Shown: positions 27,693 to 40,663 of the stretch, piece after piece
How positions within the stretch are numbered: the stretch's first letter is position 1
Layout of the letters: each line of letters begins with the position of its first letter
Source of the DNA: Alphaproteobacteria bacterium
Lineage (GTDB): Bacteria; Pseudomonadota; Alphaproteobacteria; HIMB59
Direction of reading: 5' to 3'
NCBI GenBank assembly: GCA_029246865.1
Contig: JAQWMI010000018.1
Coordinates: 44,650-108,649, forward strand
DNA length: 64,000 nucleotides
Notes under the pieces: generated by a model
Told to the model about the DNA's origin: nothing
The model's input: only the letters and a program-made list of their open reading frames with translations
Database searches by the model: none
Program-made: the position numbers and the translations under genes

Positions 27693-28946
27693 TAAGCCTA
27701 TATCAGATCTAAAATACTTTTCTTTCCAATCAATTTTATTTGCTACTTCATAAACTTTTTTTCTACAAGTCTCATAATCATCGCCCGATGCCACTATAGA
27801 TAAAACTCTACCACCATTTGTTTTAACTAATTCTTCATCTTGATAGGTTGCAGCATGAAAGATAAAAAAATCTTCACTTCCATTAAAACTATCTAAATTA
27901 TTAATAATTGTATTTTTAGGATAATTTTCTGGATATCCTTGAGTTGCTAGAATTAAGCAAATAGATTTTTCAAATTCATTAAATTTAATATCTGAGTAAG
28001 CAAGATTATTTGTAGCAACTGAATGAACAAGTGATAAGAAATCTGAAGTTAACCTCATTGAGATGCTTTGTATTTCAGGATCTCCAAATCTGGTATTATA
28101 TTCGAGTAATTTAGGCTCTTTTGTAACTTCATCAACCATTATACCCAAGAATAATACTCCTTTAAATTCAATTAATTCTTTTTGAATTCCTTCCACACTT
28201 CTTAAAACAATATTATCAATAATTTTTTTTTCTAATGAGGTGTCTAAGATAGGCGCAGGACTGATTGTGCCCATACCTCCTGTATTGGGACCGGTATCGC
28301 TGTCTCCAATTCTTTTGTAATCTTGAGCAGAACCAAAAGTTTGATAACTGTTATCATCGATTAATACGAAATAACTTAACTCTTTGCCTTCAATAAAATC
28401 TTCAATGATTATGGTATTATTATCTGAAAATATCTTTTCTATAAAAATTTTCTTACATGCTTCTTCAGCTTCAATAGTATTCTCACAAACAAAAACCCCT
28501 TTACCAGCTGCTAGACCATCATATTTTACAACAATCTTACCAGGTCTTGACCTAACAAATTTAATAGACTCATCCAGATTAGTAAAGGTCTCTGAATAGG
28601 CTGTGGCTATGTCATATTTTTTACAAAAATTTTTCATGTAATCTTTTGATGATTCTAACTGAGCCCCCTGTCTGCCAGGACCAAATACTAGTATGTTATG
28701 ATTTCTTAGTTCGTCTGCCATCCCTTCAGCAAGATACTTTTCAGGACCTATAATGACTAAGTCAGGTTTATTCTGTAAGCAATATGCTAGTATATCCTCA
28801 GAATTATCTAAATTAATGCATTTAGCTATTTTACTAATACCGTAATTACCTGGAATACATGTTAATTTCTCACTGAATTCAGATTTATTAATTAGTCTGC
28901 ATATAGCATGTTCTCTTGCTCCTGAACCAATAACGATTACAATCAT
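27684..28946 (-). CDS. purD: Phosphoribosylamine-glycine ligase
   Basis: MIVIVIGSGAREHAI is the canonical PurD N-terminus, followed by ATP-grasp motifs. The track ORF (to 29177) carries a non-homologous 77-aa extension that I reject. Confidence 0.93.
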   Translation of the reverse strand: MIVIVIGSGAREHAICRLINKSEFSEKLTCIPGNYGISKIAKCINLDNSEDILAYCLQNKPDLVIIGPEKYLAEGMADELRNHNILVFGPGRQGAQLESSKDYMKNFCKKYDIATAYSETFTNLDESIKFVRSRPGKIVVKYDGLAAGKGVFVCENTIEAEEACKKIFIEKIFSDNNTIIIEDFIEGKELSYFVLIDDNSYQTFGSAQDYKRIGDSDTGPNTGGMGTISPAPILDTSLEKKIIDNIVLRSVEGIQKELIEFKGVLFLGIMVDEVTKEPKLLEYNTRFGDPEIQSISMRLTSDFLSLVHSVATNNLAYSDIKFNEFEKSICLILATQGYPENYPKNTIINNLDSFNGSEDFFIFHAATYQDEELVKTNGGRVLSIVASGDDYETCRKKVYEVANKIDWKEKYFRSDIGLLF

Positions 28947-28968
28947 GATAAATACTGAAACATTGAAG

Positions 28969-30297
28969 ATGAATAATATTCCTGAATATACAGTTACGCA
29001 ACTAAATCTAGACATTAAAAACGTTTTAGAAAAATCCTTTGAGTATGTATGCGTAAAAGGTGAGAGTGGTCCTATTACCATTCCTAAATCAGGACATGCA
29101 TATTTCTCAATAAAAGAGAATGATGAAGTACTTTCATGTATTTGCTGGAAAGGTAATCTTGAAAGACTTGATATCAAAATAGAAGAAGGAGTCGAATATA
29201 ATTTTCTTGGAAGAATAACATCATTTGCAAAATTCGGAAGATCTGGATATCAGCTTATTATTGACCAAATAGAATTTAGCGGGGAAGGGTCAATCTTAAA
29301 GCTTATTGAAGAAAGAAGGAAACATTTTGATAAGTTAGGATACTTTGACCAAAAAATAAAAAAACCTATTCCAGAATATCCAGAAAATATCGTAGTCATA
29401 ACATCTCCTACTGGCTCAGTCGTTAGAGATATTATTCAAAGAGTATCTTCTCGATATCCTCTTACTAAATTAACTATATGCCCAATTACAGTTCAAGGGA
29501 AAAGCTCTCATACAGAAATTATTGAATATTTAAATTTAATTAATCATGAAAAACTATTAGCTGATGCTTCTTTAATAATTTTTGCGAGAGGTGGAGGAAG
29601 TTTAGAAGAAATGATGCCCTTTAATGAACCTGAATTAATTGAAAGTGTTTTTAAATCAAAAGTCCCTTGTATATCGGCAATTGGACATGAAACAGATTTC
29701 ACTCTACTAGATTATGTTGCTGATTTAAGGGCACCCACACCAAGTGCTGCTGCGGAAATAGCCACCCCAGATCAAAAAGAAATATTTAAAAATTTGGAAA
29801 ATAAACATTCAGGTTTTTATAAAGCAATAAAACTTACAATGAAATATTATACGCAAAGGACTAAATCTTTTCAGGATAGTATGAGTAATTCGATTCAGAA
29901 AATTTTTTCTTGGCAAGAAAGAGTCGTAAGTCTTATTAATACTCAGGTTAATAGTTATAAAAATCTTATTTATTTTAAAAAAGAAAAAATGCAAAATTCA
30001 ATAAATTTAATAAATCAAAACAGTCCAAAACATAAAATTCAACAAATCAATACTCGATTAAATAATTATTTATCACTTTTAACTAAAACCATTACTTCCA
30101 ATTTTGATAATCATATGCAAAAAATTTCTTTTCAAGAGCGATTAATTAAAAACTCTTCTATCGAAAAAAATCTTAATAAAGGATATTCGTTAATTTTAAA
30201 TAACAAAAAATTAATTAAAAATAAAAATGAATTAAAAAAAGTAAATAAGTTTACCGTTAGATTTAAAGACGGAGACTTGGAAATCGATAAGGTCTAA
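28969..30297 (+). CDS. xseA: Exodeoxyribonuclease VII large subunit
   Basis: EYTVTQLN...V.GE.S OB-fold N-terminus, ITSPTGSVVRDI, ARGGGS.EE, and GHETDFTL. The alternative ATG at 28945 is also possible. Confidence 0.87.
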   Translation: MNNIPEYTVTQLNLDIKNVLEKSFEYVCVKGESGPITIPKSGHAYFSIKENDEVLSCICWKGNLERLDIKIEEGVEYNFLGRITSFAKFGRSGYQLIIDQIEFSGEGSILKLIEERRKHFDKLGYFDQKIKKPIPEYPENIVVITSPTGSVVRDIIQRVSSRYPLTKLTICPITVQGKSSHTEIIEYLNLINHEKLLADASLIIFARGGGSLEEMMPFNEPELIESVFKSKVPCISAIGHETDFTLLDYVADLRAPTPSAAAEIATPDQKEIFKNLENKHSGFYKAIKLTMKYYTQRTKSFQDSMSNSIQKIFSWQERVVSLINTQVNSYKNLIYFKKEKMQNSINLINQNSPKHKIQQINTRLNNYLSLLTKTITSNFDNHMQKISFQERLIKNSSIEKNLNKGYSLILNNKKLIKNKNELKKVNKFTVRFKDGDLEIDKV

Positions 30298-31170
30298 TTA
30301 AGACCATCTCTTGTGTGCCCATAGCCATTGTGTTGGATCATCTTTGATCCAGTGTTCTATGTAGTTTTTATAAATCAACTCTGTAATTTCAACTTCAGAT
30401 TTATTTTCATAATCATGAAATACAATAGGCTTATCAACAATAATTTCAAAACTTCCATCCTTTTTTCTCTTTGATCGAACAGGGCAGATACCTGTACGGT
30501 ATTTGAGCGCCAAGGAGGCAAAGCCAGTATTAGTAATTGCCTGCTTATTAAAGAAATTAATCTTACTCCCACTGCTATCCTTTTGATCAATTAATATCGC
30601 TAAATATTCATTGTTTTTTAGTGCTTTAATCATATTTTTAGCGCTCTCTTTCCCTTTTTTATAAAAATGTGCGTTAGGTTTTTTTCTGATTTTTTGGATT
30701 TCTTTGTCTATTAATTTATTATTTGCGTGCCTATAAACCGTATGTAACTCAAATCCATAATCTAACAAAAAATTTCTTGTGATCTCCCAATTACCATAAT
30801 GTGCTGATATAAAAATATAAGATTTTTTACTTTGCATAATTTCTTGTAAGTATTTTTCATTTATAATGGTTAAATTATTTTTTTTAAAATTATTCAAATT
30901 AATAAATTCAAAAAATGTTTTCCCCATTTGTTGAAAATTTATTAACGTGAGTGACTCAATTTCTTTTTGATTATTAAATATTGATTCCATATTAGTTTTT
31001 ATAATCTTATTGTACTTTGTAAAAGGCCCTAATATCTTAAATAAATAACCTCCAAAAATAGAGGCATTTTTAAATCCTATAATGTTTAATAATAATTTTG
31101 TTAATTTAAATAAAACAAACTCAATAAATTCTAAAATGGGTTTAATCAATATTTTTTTTAAATTCTTCAA
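30298..31170 (-). CDS. Lipid A biosynthesis lauroyl/myristoyl acyltransferase (LpxL/HtrB family)
   Basis: SAHYGNWE (H-x4-E box). Located in a cluster with lpxK and waaA. Confidence 0.8.
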   Translation of the reverse strand: MKNLKKILIKPILEFIEFVLFKLTKLLLNIIGFKNASIFGGYLFKILGPFTKYNKIIKTNMESIFNNQKEIESLTLINFQQMGKTFFEFINLNNFKKNNLTIINEKYLQEIMQSKKSYIFISAHYGNWEITRNFLLDYGFELHTVYRHANNKLIDKEIQKIRKKPNAHFYKKGKESAKNMIKALKNNEYLAILIDQKDSSGSKINFFNKQAITNTGFASLALKYRTGICPVRSKRKKDGSFEIIVDKPIVFHDYENKSEVEITELIYKNYIEHWIKDDPTQWLWAHKRWS

Positions 31171-32104
31171 TTAATTCTTCTTCATTATCAACAACAATTT
31201 TTCCCTTAATAAAATTTATAGATTTTTTAAATTCATGAGGCACTCTGATATGGTCTTTCTCCGTAGTTAATAGATGGGCGTCAAGCGCATTTGCTTGATC
31301 GAGTAGGGTATATATATCTTCAACTGAATACTGATGATGGTCCGGATAATCAATTGTTTTAAGAACATTAAATCCATAACTCATTAATTGATCAAAAAAC
31401 TTTTTATTAAAACCCAATCCTGCAAAAGCAACAATTTTTTTTTCAAGCAAAAAATGTCGATCTTCTAACTTGTATTGAGCTGTCACTCTAAATTTATCCT
31501 TGAACTCAGCCTGCATTTCCTCATTATTAATTTTAAAAATAATGGAACATTTAGAGACTGCTTTATCTATATTTTCCCTTAGTGGTCCTGCTGGAACTAA
31601 AAATCTATTTCCAAATTGCTGAATCCCGTCAAACACATAAATAGAAAAATTCTTTTCAATACTTGTGGTCTGTAAACCATCATCTAGTACAATGATATCA
31701 GCCCCATTATTTTCTGCTTGTTTACAACCTAAATAACGATTCCTCGCAACCCATGTAGGATGATATTCTGACATCATTAATGCTTCATCGCCCACTTCAA
31801 AATGTGTCTTGTTCTCATTCACTCTTGTCGTATTAATATAATTACCACCATAACCTCTTGAAACTATATGAGATTTGAGTCCTATTTTTTTTAACAAATC
31901 ACATATAAATAATACAGTTGGCGTTTTTCCTGAGCCTCCAATAATTGCACTGCCTACGCCAATAACAGGTATACCTACTCTCTTTTTTGATGCTAATTTA
32001 GACTTTAAAAATCCTCCAGATGTCCATATTAAGTTGAGTGGGAGTAAAACTATTGAAAAGATGCTTAACTTTTTTTCATACCAAAATTTAGGAGCTTTAA
32101 TCAT
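31142..32104 (-). CDS. lpxK: Tetraacyldisaccharide 4'-kinase
   Basis: GSAIIGGSGKTP P-loop, SRGYGG, and DDGLQ. Confidence 0.88.
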   Translation of the reverse strand: MIKAPKFWYEKKLSIFSIVLLPLNLIWTSGGFLKSKLASKKRVGIPVIGVGSAIIGGSGKTPTVLFICDLLKKIGLKSHIVSRGYGGNYINTTRVNENKTHFEVGDEALMMSEYHPTWVARNRYLGCKQAENNGADIIVLDDGLQTTSIEKNFSIYVFDGIQQFGNRFLVPAGPLRENIDKAVSKCSIIFKINNEEMQAEFKDKFRVTAQYKLEDRHFLLEKKIVAFAGLGFNKKFFDQLMSYGFNVLKTIDYPDHHQYSVEDIYTLLDQANALDAHLLTTEKDHIRVPHEFKKSINFIKGKIVVDNEEELIEEFKKNID

Positions 32105-33260
32105 TGATAATACTGTTTGTAATAATATTTAATTCTTCTGATTGCTTCTTAAATAACATTCTAACCTCATTGATATCTAATAAATTTTTTTTACTCATCA
32201 TCACATTTATCGATTTTGCAATTAAAGTATGATCAATTTCTTTAAATACTCCACATAATTTTTTTTCTTCTAGATCTTCATAAATTGAGGAGAAGTTATG
32301 AGTATAGGGTCCTGTTAAAACATAAGAACCGCAAGATAAAGCTTCTAAAGGATTTTGACCACCATGATTAAATAAAGATCCGCCTATAAAAGACAGCTTT
32401 GAAATAGAGTGAATATTTTTATTTTTCCCCATTGAGTCAAAGACAACTACTTTGTCTTTAGGGATGCTACTTTCTAATAATTTTTGACTTAATTCATAGG
32501 CATAATGAGGGTGTCTTGGAATCAAAAAAATTTTTTCAAGAATATTAAAATCTATTTTTTCAATTATTTTCAAGATGTCCTTAAATTCTTTAAGATGAAT
32601 ACTTGCAAAGCAAAGATTATTTTCAATATTTTTTACTATATTTAAATCTTGATAATATTTTAAATTCCCTGAATAAAATATTTTACGCTGAAATAAAATT
32701 TCAAAACTTTCTTTAGCGGGCAAACTTGAAGCATAAATTATTTTATAAATTGATCCTAATTCTTTAATGAACTTAGTTGCCATTTTCCATCTTCTGAAAC
32801 TTTTTTCAGATATTCTGCCATTTATTAAATATGTTGGAATTTTTTTTGATTTTAAAATATGCAGATAATTTGGCCAAATTTCAGAGTCAATCCATATAAA
32901 TTTATCTGTCATATTCTTTGCTAAGAACACTCTCACTAAAGGGTAAAAATCATATGGTAAGTATTTAACTGAGCAATGCTTATATTTTTTTAATGCCAAC
33001 TTGTGGGCACTTAATGTTGAGCAAGTAATTAATATTTTCTTTTCTTGAGGTATTTTCTGAATTAAATAGTGAATTGAATTTAACTCTCCAACACTTGCAA
33101 CATGTATAATATAGCAGTAATAATTCTTATCTCCTTTACAAAATAGCTTTTGAAAAAATGATTCCAAATTTTCTTTTTTATTGAAAAGTCTTAATATTAG
33201 AAATATTAAAAAAAAAGGAAATAAAATTATATGAGTTAAATTATAAATTAAGATGTTCAT
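32097..33260 (-). CDS. waaA: 3-deoxy-D-manno-octulosonic acid (Kdo) transferase
   Basis: HVASVGE N-terminal motif, GGSL..HGGQNPLE C-terminal motif, N-terminal TM anchor. Confidence 0.87.
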   Translation of the reverse strand: MNILIYNLTHIILFPFFLIFLILRLFNKKENLESFFQKLFCKGDKNYYCYIIHVASVGELNSIHYLIQKIPQEKKILITCSTLSAHKLALKKYKHCSVKYLPYDFYPLVRVFLAKNMTDKFIWIDSEIWPNYLHILKSKKIPTYLINGRISEKSFRRWKMATKFIKELGSIYKIIYASSLPAKESFEILFQRKIFYSGNLKYYQDLNIVKNIENNLCFASIHLKEFKDILKIIEKIDFNILEKIFLIPRHPHYAYELSQKLLESSIPKDKVVVFDSMGKNKNIHSISKLSFIGGSLFNHGGQNPLEALSCGSYVLTGPYTHNFSSIYEDLEEKKLCGVFKEIDHTLIAKSINVMMSKKNLLDINEVRMLFKKQSEELNIITNSIIND

Positions 33261-33894
33261 TAACTACTTTTATGCCTTCATTAAGTTGATGTTTAATCTC
33301 ATGATTAAATGTATCTTGATTGTAATCTCTATAACTAATAATTTTGCCCCAATAAAAAAAACCTTTACTAAAAGGTAGAGGGATTTTTAGTTTGTCCCAA
33401 GTTTTTAAAGTAATTTTTTTATTTGTACTAAATGTTAAAAAAATAACGTTTGCATCAATTTTTTTTACTAAACTATAAATGTTACTATTTATTTGATTTG
33501 CTGGTCCGTGTGGTGCATCTGGTGTAATGAAAATACAATCATTACTTTTTCCAATTTCAATCAATTTTCTTAAAATATTTGTTGGTTTTTTTGAAGATCT
33601 TTCGAGAGAAACAAAACCAAATTTTTTTTGAATTTTATTGCTGAGTTTTCCGTCCGGATGGTCTGTTACTATATTATAGACTTTCTTTTCTAATCTCCAA
33701 GAATAAGGCACACCAACTATTTGATTATGCCACATGAGAATTATTAATGGTTTTTTTTCTTTCGTCACATTGACGACAATTTCACGATTAATAGTTTTCC
33801 AACTACTTAATTTTTCAATACATATTATAATGAAATAAATTTTATAAGCGATTATGCTTTGCACCCAATTAATTCTTGTAAGTTTTTTTAACAC
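33241..33894 (-). CDS. DUF374 / lysophospholipid acyltransferase-like protein
   Basis: WHNQ...SDHPDGKL...ITPDAPHGP. The position between waaA and msbA is typical. Confidence 0.72.
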   Translation of the reverse strand: MLKKLTRINWVQSIIAYKIYFIIICIEKLSSWKTINREIVVNVTKEKKPLIILMWHNQIVGVPYSWRLEKKVYNIVTDHPDGKLSNKIQKKFGFVSLERSSKKPTNILRKLIEIGKSNDCIFITPDAPHGPANQINSNIYSLVKKIDANVIFLTFSTNKKITLKTWDKLKIPLPFSKGFFYWGKIISYRDYNQDTFNHEIKHQLNEGIKVVNEHLNL

Positions 33895-35618
33895 TAATGT
33901 TTTTTTTGTTTTTTAAATAATTTGTAGTACTCACCTTTTTTTCTAATTAAATCCTGATGAGTTCCTACTTCCTTAATTGTTCCTTTGGATACAAAGACAA
34001 TTTTATTAAATTCTTGTATTGTTGACAACCTGTGAGCCACAACGATTAATGTTTTATTTCTAATTTTATTAATGTTTTCAAATATTTTAGACTCAGTTTT
34101 AAAATCTAGGTTTGATGACGGTTCGTCTAGAAGCAATACTTCAGTTTCTTGAACTAATGATCTTGCAATTGCTAATCTCTGCCTCTGTCCTCCTGATAGT
34201 TTTAATCCATTCTCACCTATTTTTGTTTGTAATTTATCTGGAAGATTATTTGTAAAATCAGTCACACAGGCTAATTTAGCTATCTCACTTATCTTCTTAC
34301 TGCTAGATTGAGAATTGTATCGAATATTTTCCTCAATAGTCCCATCAAATAATACAGTTTCCTGACTTACAAGACTAAAAAAACTTCTCAAATTTTTAAG
34401 CTTCAAATGCTTAGTATTATGTTTATTTAATAATATTTTGCCTTCTTCTATATCAAATAATCTAATGATCAGTCCAAGTAAAGTTGTCTTACCGGATCCT
34501 GAAGGGCCAACAAACGCAACTTTATCATTTTTATTAATTTCAAAATTAAAGTTATTAATAATATTTTTTTTATGATTTTTATAACTAAAGTGTACGTTCT
34601 TAAATTCTAAGCTATTAAATTTTATTTTAATATTTTTGTTACCGTCATTAATTTCATTCTTGTGATCTATTAGCCAAAATATTCTTGAGGCAGCCCCTAA
34701 ACCAGTTTGTAATGTAACATTTAAATTAATTAAATTTTTAAGAGGTGCGTAGGCAAGCATCAGACTTACTAAAAAACTTGTCAGTTGACCAGCTGTCATG
34801 CCTTCCTTCACTACAAAAATCCCACCACCAAAGATTGCAAGACTGGCTGCAAAAGCACCTAGTGTTTCTGTGAATGGTCTGGCCCTAGCTATAACTTTTT
34901 CTTGCTTAAAATTTAAATATCTAACGTTTTCAATTTCTTTTGTGGATTTATTGAGTTCAAAACTTTCAGCATTAAAAGACTTTACATGTTTAGCACCCCT
35001 AAAAATTTCTTCTAGAATTGATGCAAGTTCACCAACTTGATGTTGTAAATTTTTTGTTACGTTTCTTACTTTTTTCCCCAATACGCGAATGGGTATAGAT
35101 GCTAAAGGAAACACTATTAATGATATAATTGATAATTTCCAGTTTTGATAAAGCATATTACCTACTAGAACAAATAAGGTTAAGCTATCTTTTATTAATG
35201 ATGTGTATGTACTGGCCATAGCACCATTTAAATAGTACGTGTCAGTTGTAATTCTTGTAATTAGGGATCCTGTTTTATTCTCTAAAAAAAAATTATAATG
35301 AAGTCCTACAATTCTTTTAAATACTTGAATTCTTAGTTTTTCAATAATTTTTTGACTCATAAAAGCCAGAGATGTGACTTGAACATAGCTGCATAAACCT
35401 TTTATAATTCCTGTAACAAGTATAGCTGCAGGTATAAAGTAAAGATAAAAAGTATCTTTGTTAATTAACACTTCATCTAGAGCTGGCTTTACTAACCAAG
35501 CATGAAAGCCTGTGCAAGCCGCAGCAATAATCATACATATTATAGAGACAAATAATTTGAATTTGTAATCTAAAAAATATTTAGAAATTCTAAAAAAGTT
35601 TTTTTTATTTTCAGACAT
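33894..35618 (-). CDS. msbA: Lipid A export-type ABC transporter (fused permease/ATPase), MsbA-like
   Basis: 6-TM domain, then Walker A GPSGSGKTT, LSGGQRQR, and Walker B LLLDEPSS. Lipid A cluster context. Confidence 0.83.
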   Translation of the reverse strand: MSENKKNFFRISKYFLDYKFKLFVSIICMIIAAACTGFHAWLVKPALDEVLINKDTFYLYFIPAAILVTGIIKGLCSYVQVTSLAFMSQKIIEKLRIQVFKRIVGLHYNFFLENKTGSLITRITTDTYYLNGAMASTYTSLIKDSLTLFVLVGNMLYQNWKLSIISLIVFPLASIPIRVLGKKVRNVTKNLQHQVGELASILEEIFRGAKHVKSFNAESFELNKSTKEIENVRYLNFKQEKVIARARPFTETLGAFAASLAIFGGGIFVVKEGMTAGQLTSFLVSLMLAYAPLKNLINLNVTLQTGLGAASRIFWLIDHKNEINDGNKNIKIKFNSLEFKNVHFSYKNHKKNIINNFNFEINKNDKVAFVGPSGSGKTTLLGLIIRLFDIEEGKILLNKHNTKHLKLKNLRSFFSLVSQETVLFDGTIEENIRYNSQSSSKKISEIAKLACVTDFTNNLPDKLQTKIGENGLKLSGGQRQRLAIARSLVQETEVLLLDEPSSNLDFKTESKIFENINKIRNKTLIVVAHRLSTIQEFNKIVFVSKGTIKEVGTHQDLIRKKGEYYKLFKKQKKH

Positions 35619-36519
35619 AAGTTAAGTTATTTCCAACTAATAGTGATAGTAAAATAATAGAACCATAAATGTTATTTCTTTTAAAAAATCTCAAAGAATT
35701 ATCAGCAAAACCGTTCCATATTAAATTTATATCAAAAATTATAACAATACCTAAACAACTTACTAATACAAAATAATAATAGCTATAACTGAAATAATAA
35801 CCCAATAACAATAGTAAGCAGAATTGTGAAATAGTAAGAATATTCAATATAAGTTTTTTTCTAGATCCAAATAGAATAGAGGATGAATAGATCCCAATTT
35901 CTTTGTCTTCATTCTCATCCATAACTGCATAGATAGTGTCATAGGTAAGAGTCCACATAACGCAAGATGTGTAAAGGAGTAAAATATAGTTAAACGAAAC
36001 TGTAAATTCTGCAACAGACCACCCAATAAATACTCCCCAATTATAAACAAGTCCCAAGATGAGCTGTGGAAGAAAAAAAAATTTCTTTGCAAGTGGATAT
36101 ATAAAAATTAGAGGCAGTATAATGACACCTAAGACAATACTCTCAGTATTAAATTGAGTTAAAATTATTAAACCAAAAAATAAAAGAATAACCAAACATA
36201 TGATAGCTTTAGTTAAGCTTATTTCACCCGATGCAAGAGGGCGTGTTTTGGTTCTATCAACCTTAGAGTCAATATCTTTGTCCCAAATATCATTGATAAT
36301 GCAACCCGCAGATCTCATAATAATGGCACCAATTAAAAAAAAACAAATAAAAAGAAAAAAATTTACATCCAGTTTTGATGATATGGCTAACCCAAAACTA
36401 ACGGGGTAAAATAACAACATAAAACCGATAGGTCTATCTAACCGAAATAAGATTATATATTTGTGAAGACCTAGTGGTAAAAGTTTAAATATTATTTTAT
36501 TCTTGTTAATATCAATCAT
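35611..36519 (-). CDS. ubiA: 4-hydroxybenzoate polyprenyltransferase
   Basis: INDIWDKDID (NDxxDxxxD) and a second Asp-rich motif YDTIYAVMDENEDKEIG. 8-9 TM helices. Confidence 0.9.
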   Translation of the reverse strand: MIDINKNKIIFKLLPLGLHKYIILFRLDRPIGFMLLFYPVSFGLAISSKLDVNFFLFICFFLIGAIIMRSAGCIINDIWDKDIDSKVDRTKTRPLASGEISLTKAIICLVILLFFGLIILTQFNTESIVLGVIILPLIFIYPLAKKFFFLPQLILGLVYNWGVFIGWSVAEFTVSFNYILLLYTSCVMWTLTYDTIYAVMDENEDKEIGIYSSSILFGSRKKLILNILTISQFCLLLLLGYYFSYSYYYFVLVSCLGIVIIFDINLIWNGFADNSLRFFKRNNIYGSIILLSLLVGNNLTYV

Positions 36520-37231
36520 GAAAAGAATTTACCTTAATAATAAACTAGAGGAAGGCCTAATTCATTTATTAGATTTTGAAAATTTTATTCATTTATCTAA
36601 AGTTATAAGACTTAAGGTCAAAGACGAAATAGTACTTTTTAATAATCATGATGGTGAGTGGCTTGCGGTAATTGAAAAAGTTGCAAAGAAAAGTATAGAA
36701 GTAAGATCTTTGACGAAATTGGCCAATCCTAAATCTATTCCCAGTATTGACTTATTGTTTTCTCCAATCAAATATCAAAATTCTGAAACTATTATTAGAC
36801 AAGCTACAGAAATTGGAATTAGAAAATTTTATCCAACTATTTTTAACAGAACGGTTATTGATAAAGTAAATATGGTAAAATTTTCATCTTATGCTCTTAG
36901 CGCCTCTCAACAATCTGGTAGAACTCAAATACCTGAAATCAATGAGCTCTTAAAAATTGAACAGCAAAAAGAAATTTTAAAGAATAAAAATATACTAATG
37001 TTTGATGAAAATTTAGAAGGAAATTCTTTAGATAAAATTAAGATTGACCCTAATTCTGATATTATTGTTATTGTTGGGCCGGAGGGTGGATTTTCAGAAA
37101 AAGATAGATCGTTGATACAAACTTTTTCCAATAATTTTCATAATTTACATTTGGGACAAAGAATTTTAAAGGCTGATACGGCAATAGTTTCAGCCTTAAG
37201 CTTAGTTTTTCATTATTTTGACCGCGATTAA
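36518..37231 (+). CDS. rsmE: 16S rRNA (uracil1498-N3)-methyltransferase
   Basis: MKRIYL...H.SKVIRLKVKDEI N-terminus and the SPOUT C-terminus IVGPEGGFSEKD...LG.RILKADTA. Confidence 0.85.
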   Translation: MKRIYLNNKLEEGLIHLLDFENFIHLSKVIRLKVKDEIVLFNNHDGEWLAVIEKVAKKSIEVRSLTKLANPKSIPSIDLLFSPIKYQNSETIIRQATEIGIRKFYPTIFNRTVIDKVNMVKFSSYALSASQQSGRTQIPEINELLKIEQQKEILKNKNILMFDENLEGNSLDKIKIDPNSDIIVIVGPEGGFSEKDRSLIQTFSNNFHNLHLGQRILKADTAIVSALSLVFHYFDRD

Positions 37232-37289
37232 ATGTTCTAAGCGACAACCTGTCAATATACTGACCTTAACTATTGAATAATATATAGTC

Positions 37290-39730
<2,441 letters not shown>

Positions 39731-39733
39731 TTA

Positions 39734-40663
39734 GTGAGTGTTGAGAACAAAAAGCAAGAAGTTTCAAATTTTAATAATTTAAATATCTTTTTATTAAATA
39801 TCAAAAATTTTTTCCTTCATTTGTATGTCCTCATCAAACCAGGTGTAATTTCTTTAGTAATCTTTACAGCTTTATGTGCAATAATTATTGCTCCTTCTGA
39901 TAAAACTTTTTTTATTAAGTCTATGTCACTAATACTAATTGCTATGGGAGCTTCTGGCGCTGCAATCTTAAACATGTGGCACGATAGGGGAATTGATGGA
40001 AAAATGGAAAGGACAAAATTAAGACCGATCCCTTCTGGGGGGTTTTCTCCAAATGCTGCATTAGCTATTGGTCTTGTATTATCAGTTTTTTCTGTAGTCG
40101 GACTTTTCTTTTTTACTAATATTCAGGCTGCAGCTCTTTTGGCTTTCACAATTATTTATTATTCATTTTTATATACAGTTCTTTTAAAATCCAATACCCC
40201 ACAAAATATTGTAATAGGTGGGCTTGCAGGGGCTCTCCCTCCAGTTATAGCTTGGATTAGTATATCTGATATTAATATATGGAATTCTATTATTATGTGT
40301 TTGATTATCTTTTTATGGACACCCCCACATTCCTGGGCATTAGCAATTTATCGTAATGACGATTATTCGAATGCTAGTGTTCCTATGTATCCTGTAATAC
40401 ATGGATTTAAATCAACTTTTAAACTTATGAATTTTTATACGCTTTTAATGGTCTTAAGTACGAATGCATTATTTATTTTCAATTATAATGGAGTGTTTTA
40501 TTTTATAACTTCAAATATATTAAATGCTTACTTTGTTTATAAATTATATGTTCTTAATAAATCTAATGACCCTAAAAAAGATGCTATTAAATTATTTGGA
40601 TACTCCATACTTTACTTATTTTTAATATTCTTTGTTGCCGTAATCGATAAGCTAATAAATTAA
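39734..40663 (+). CDS. ctaB: Protoheme IX farnesyltransferase (heme O synthase)
   Basis: UbiA-superfamily motifs NMWHDRGIDGKMERTKLRP and WTPPHSWALA. GTG start. Confidence 0.9.
   Translation: MSVENKKQEVSNFNNLNIFLLNIKNFFLHLYVLIKPGVISLVIFTALCAIIIAPSDKTFFIKSMSLILIAMGASGAAILNMWHDRGIDGKMERTKLRPIPSGGFSPNAALAIGLVLSVFSVVGLFFFTNIQAAALLAFTIIYYSFLYTVLLKSNTPQNIVIGGLAGALPPVIAWISISDINIWNSIIMCLIIFLWTPPHSWALAIYRNDDYSNASVPMYPVIHGFKSTFKLMNFYTLLMVLSTNALFIFNYNGVFYFITSNILNAYFVYKLYVLNKSNDPKKDAIKLFGYSILYLFLIFFVAVIDKLIN

Noticed and set aside
28947-29177. 77-aa N-terminal extension of purD in the ORF track (MISSLSRLPF...).
   Set aside because: The canonical PurD N-terminus MIVIVIGSGAREHA begins at the internal ATG (28946). 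The extension is antisense to the well-supported xseA N-terminus and has no PurD homology.
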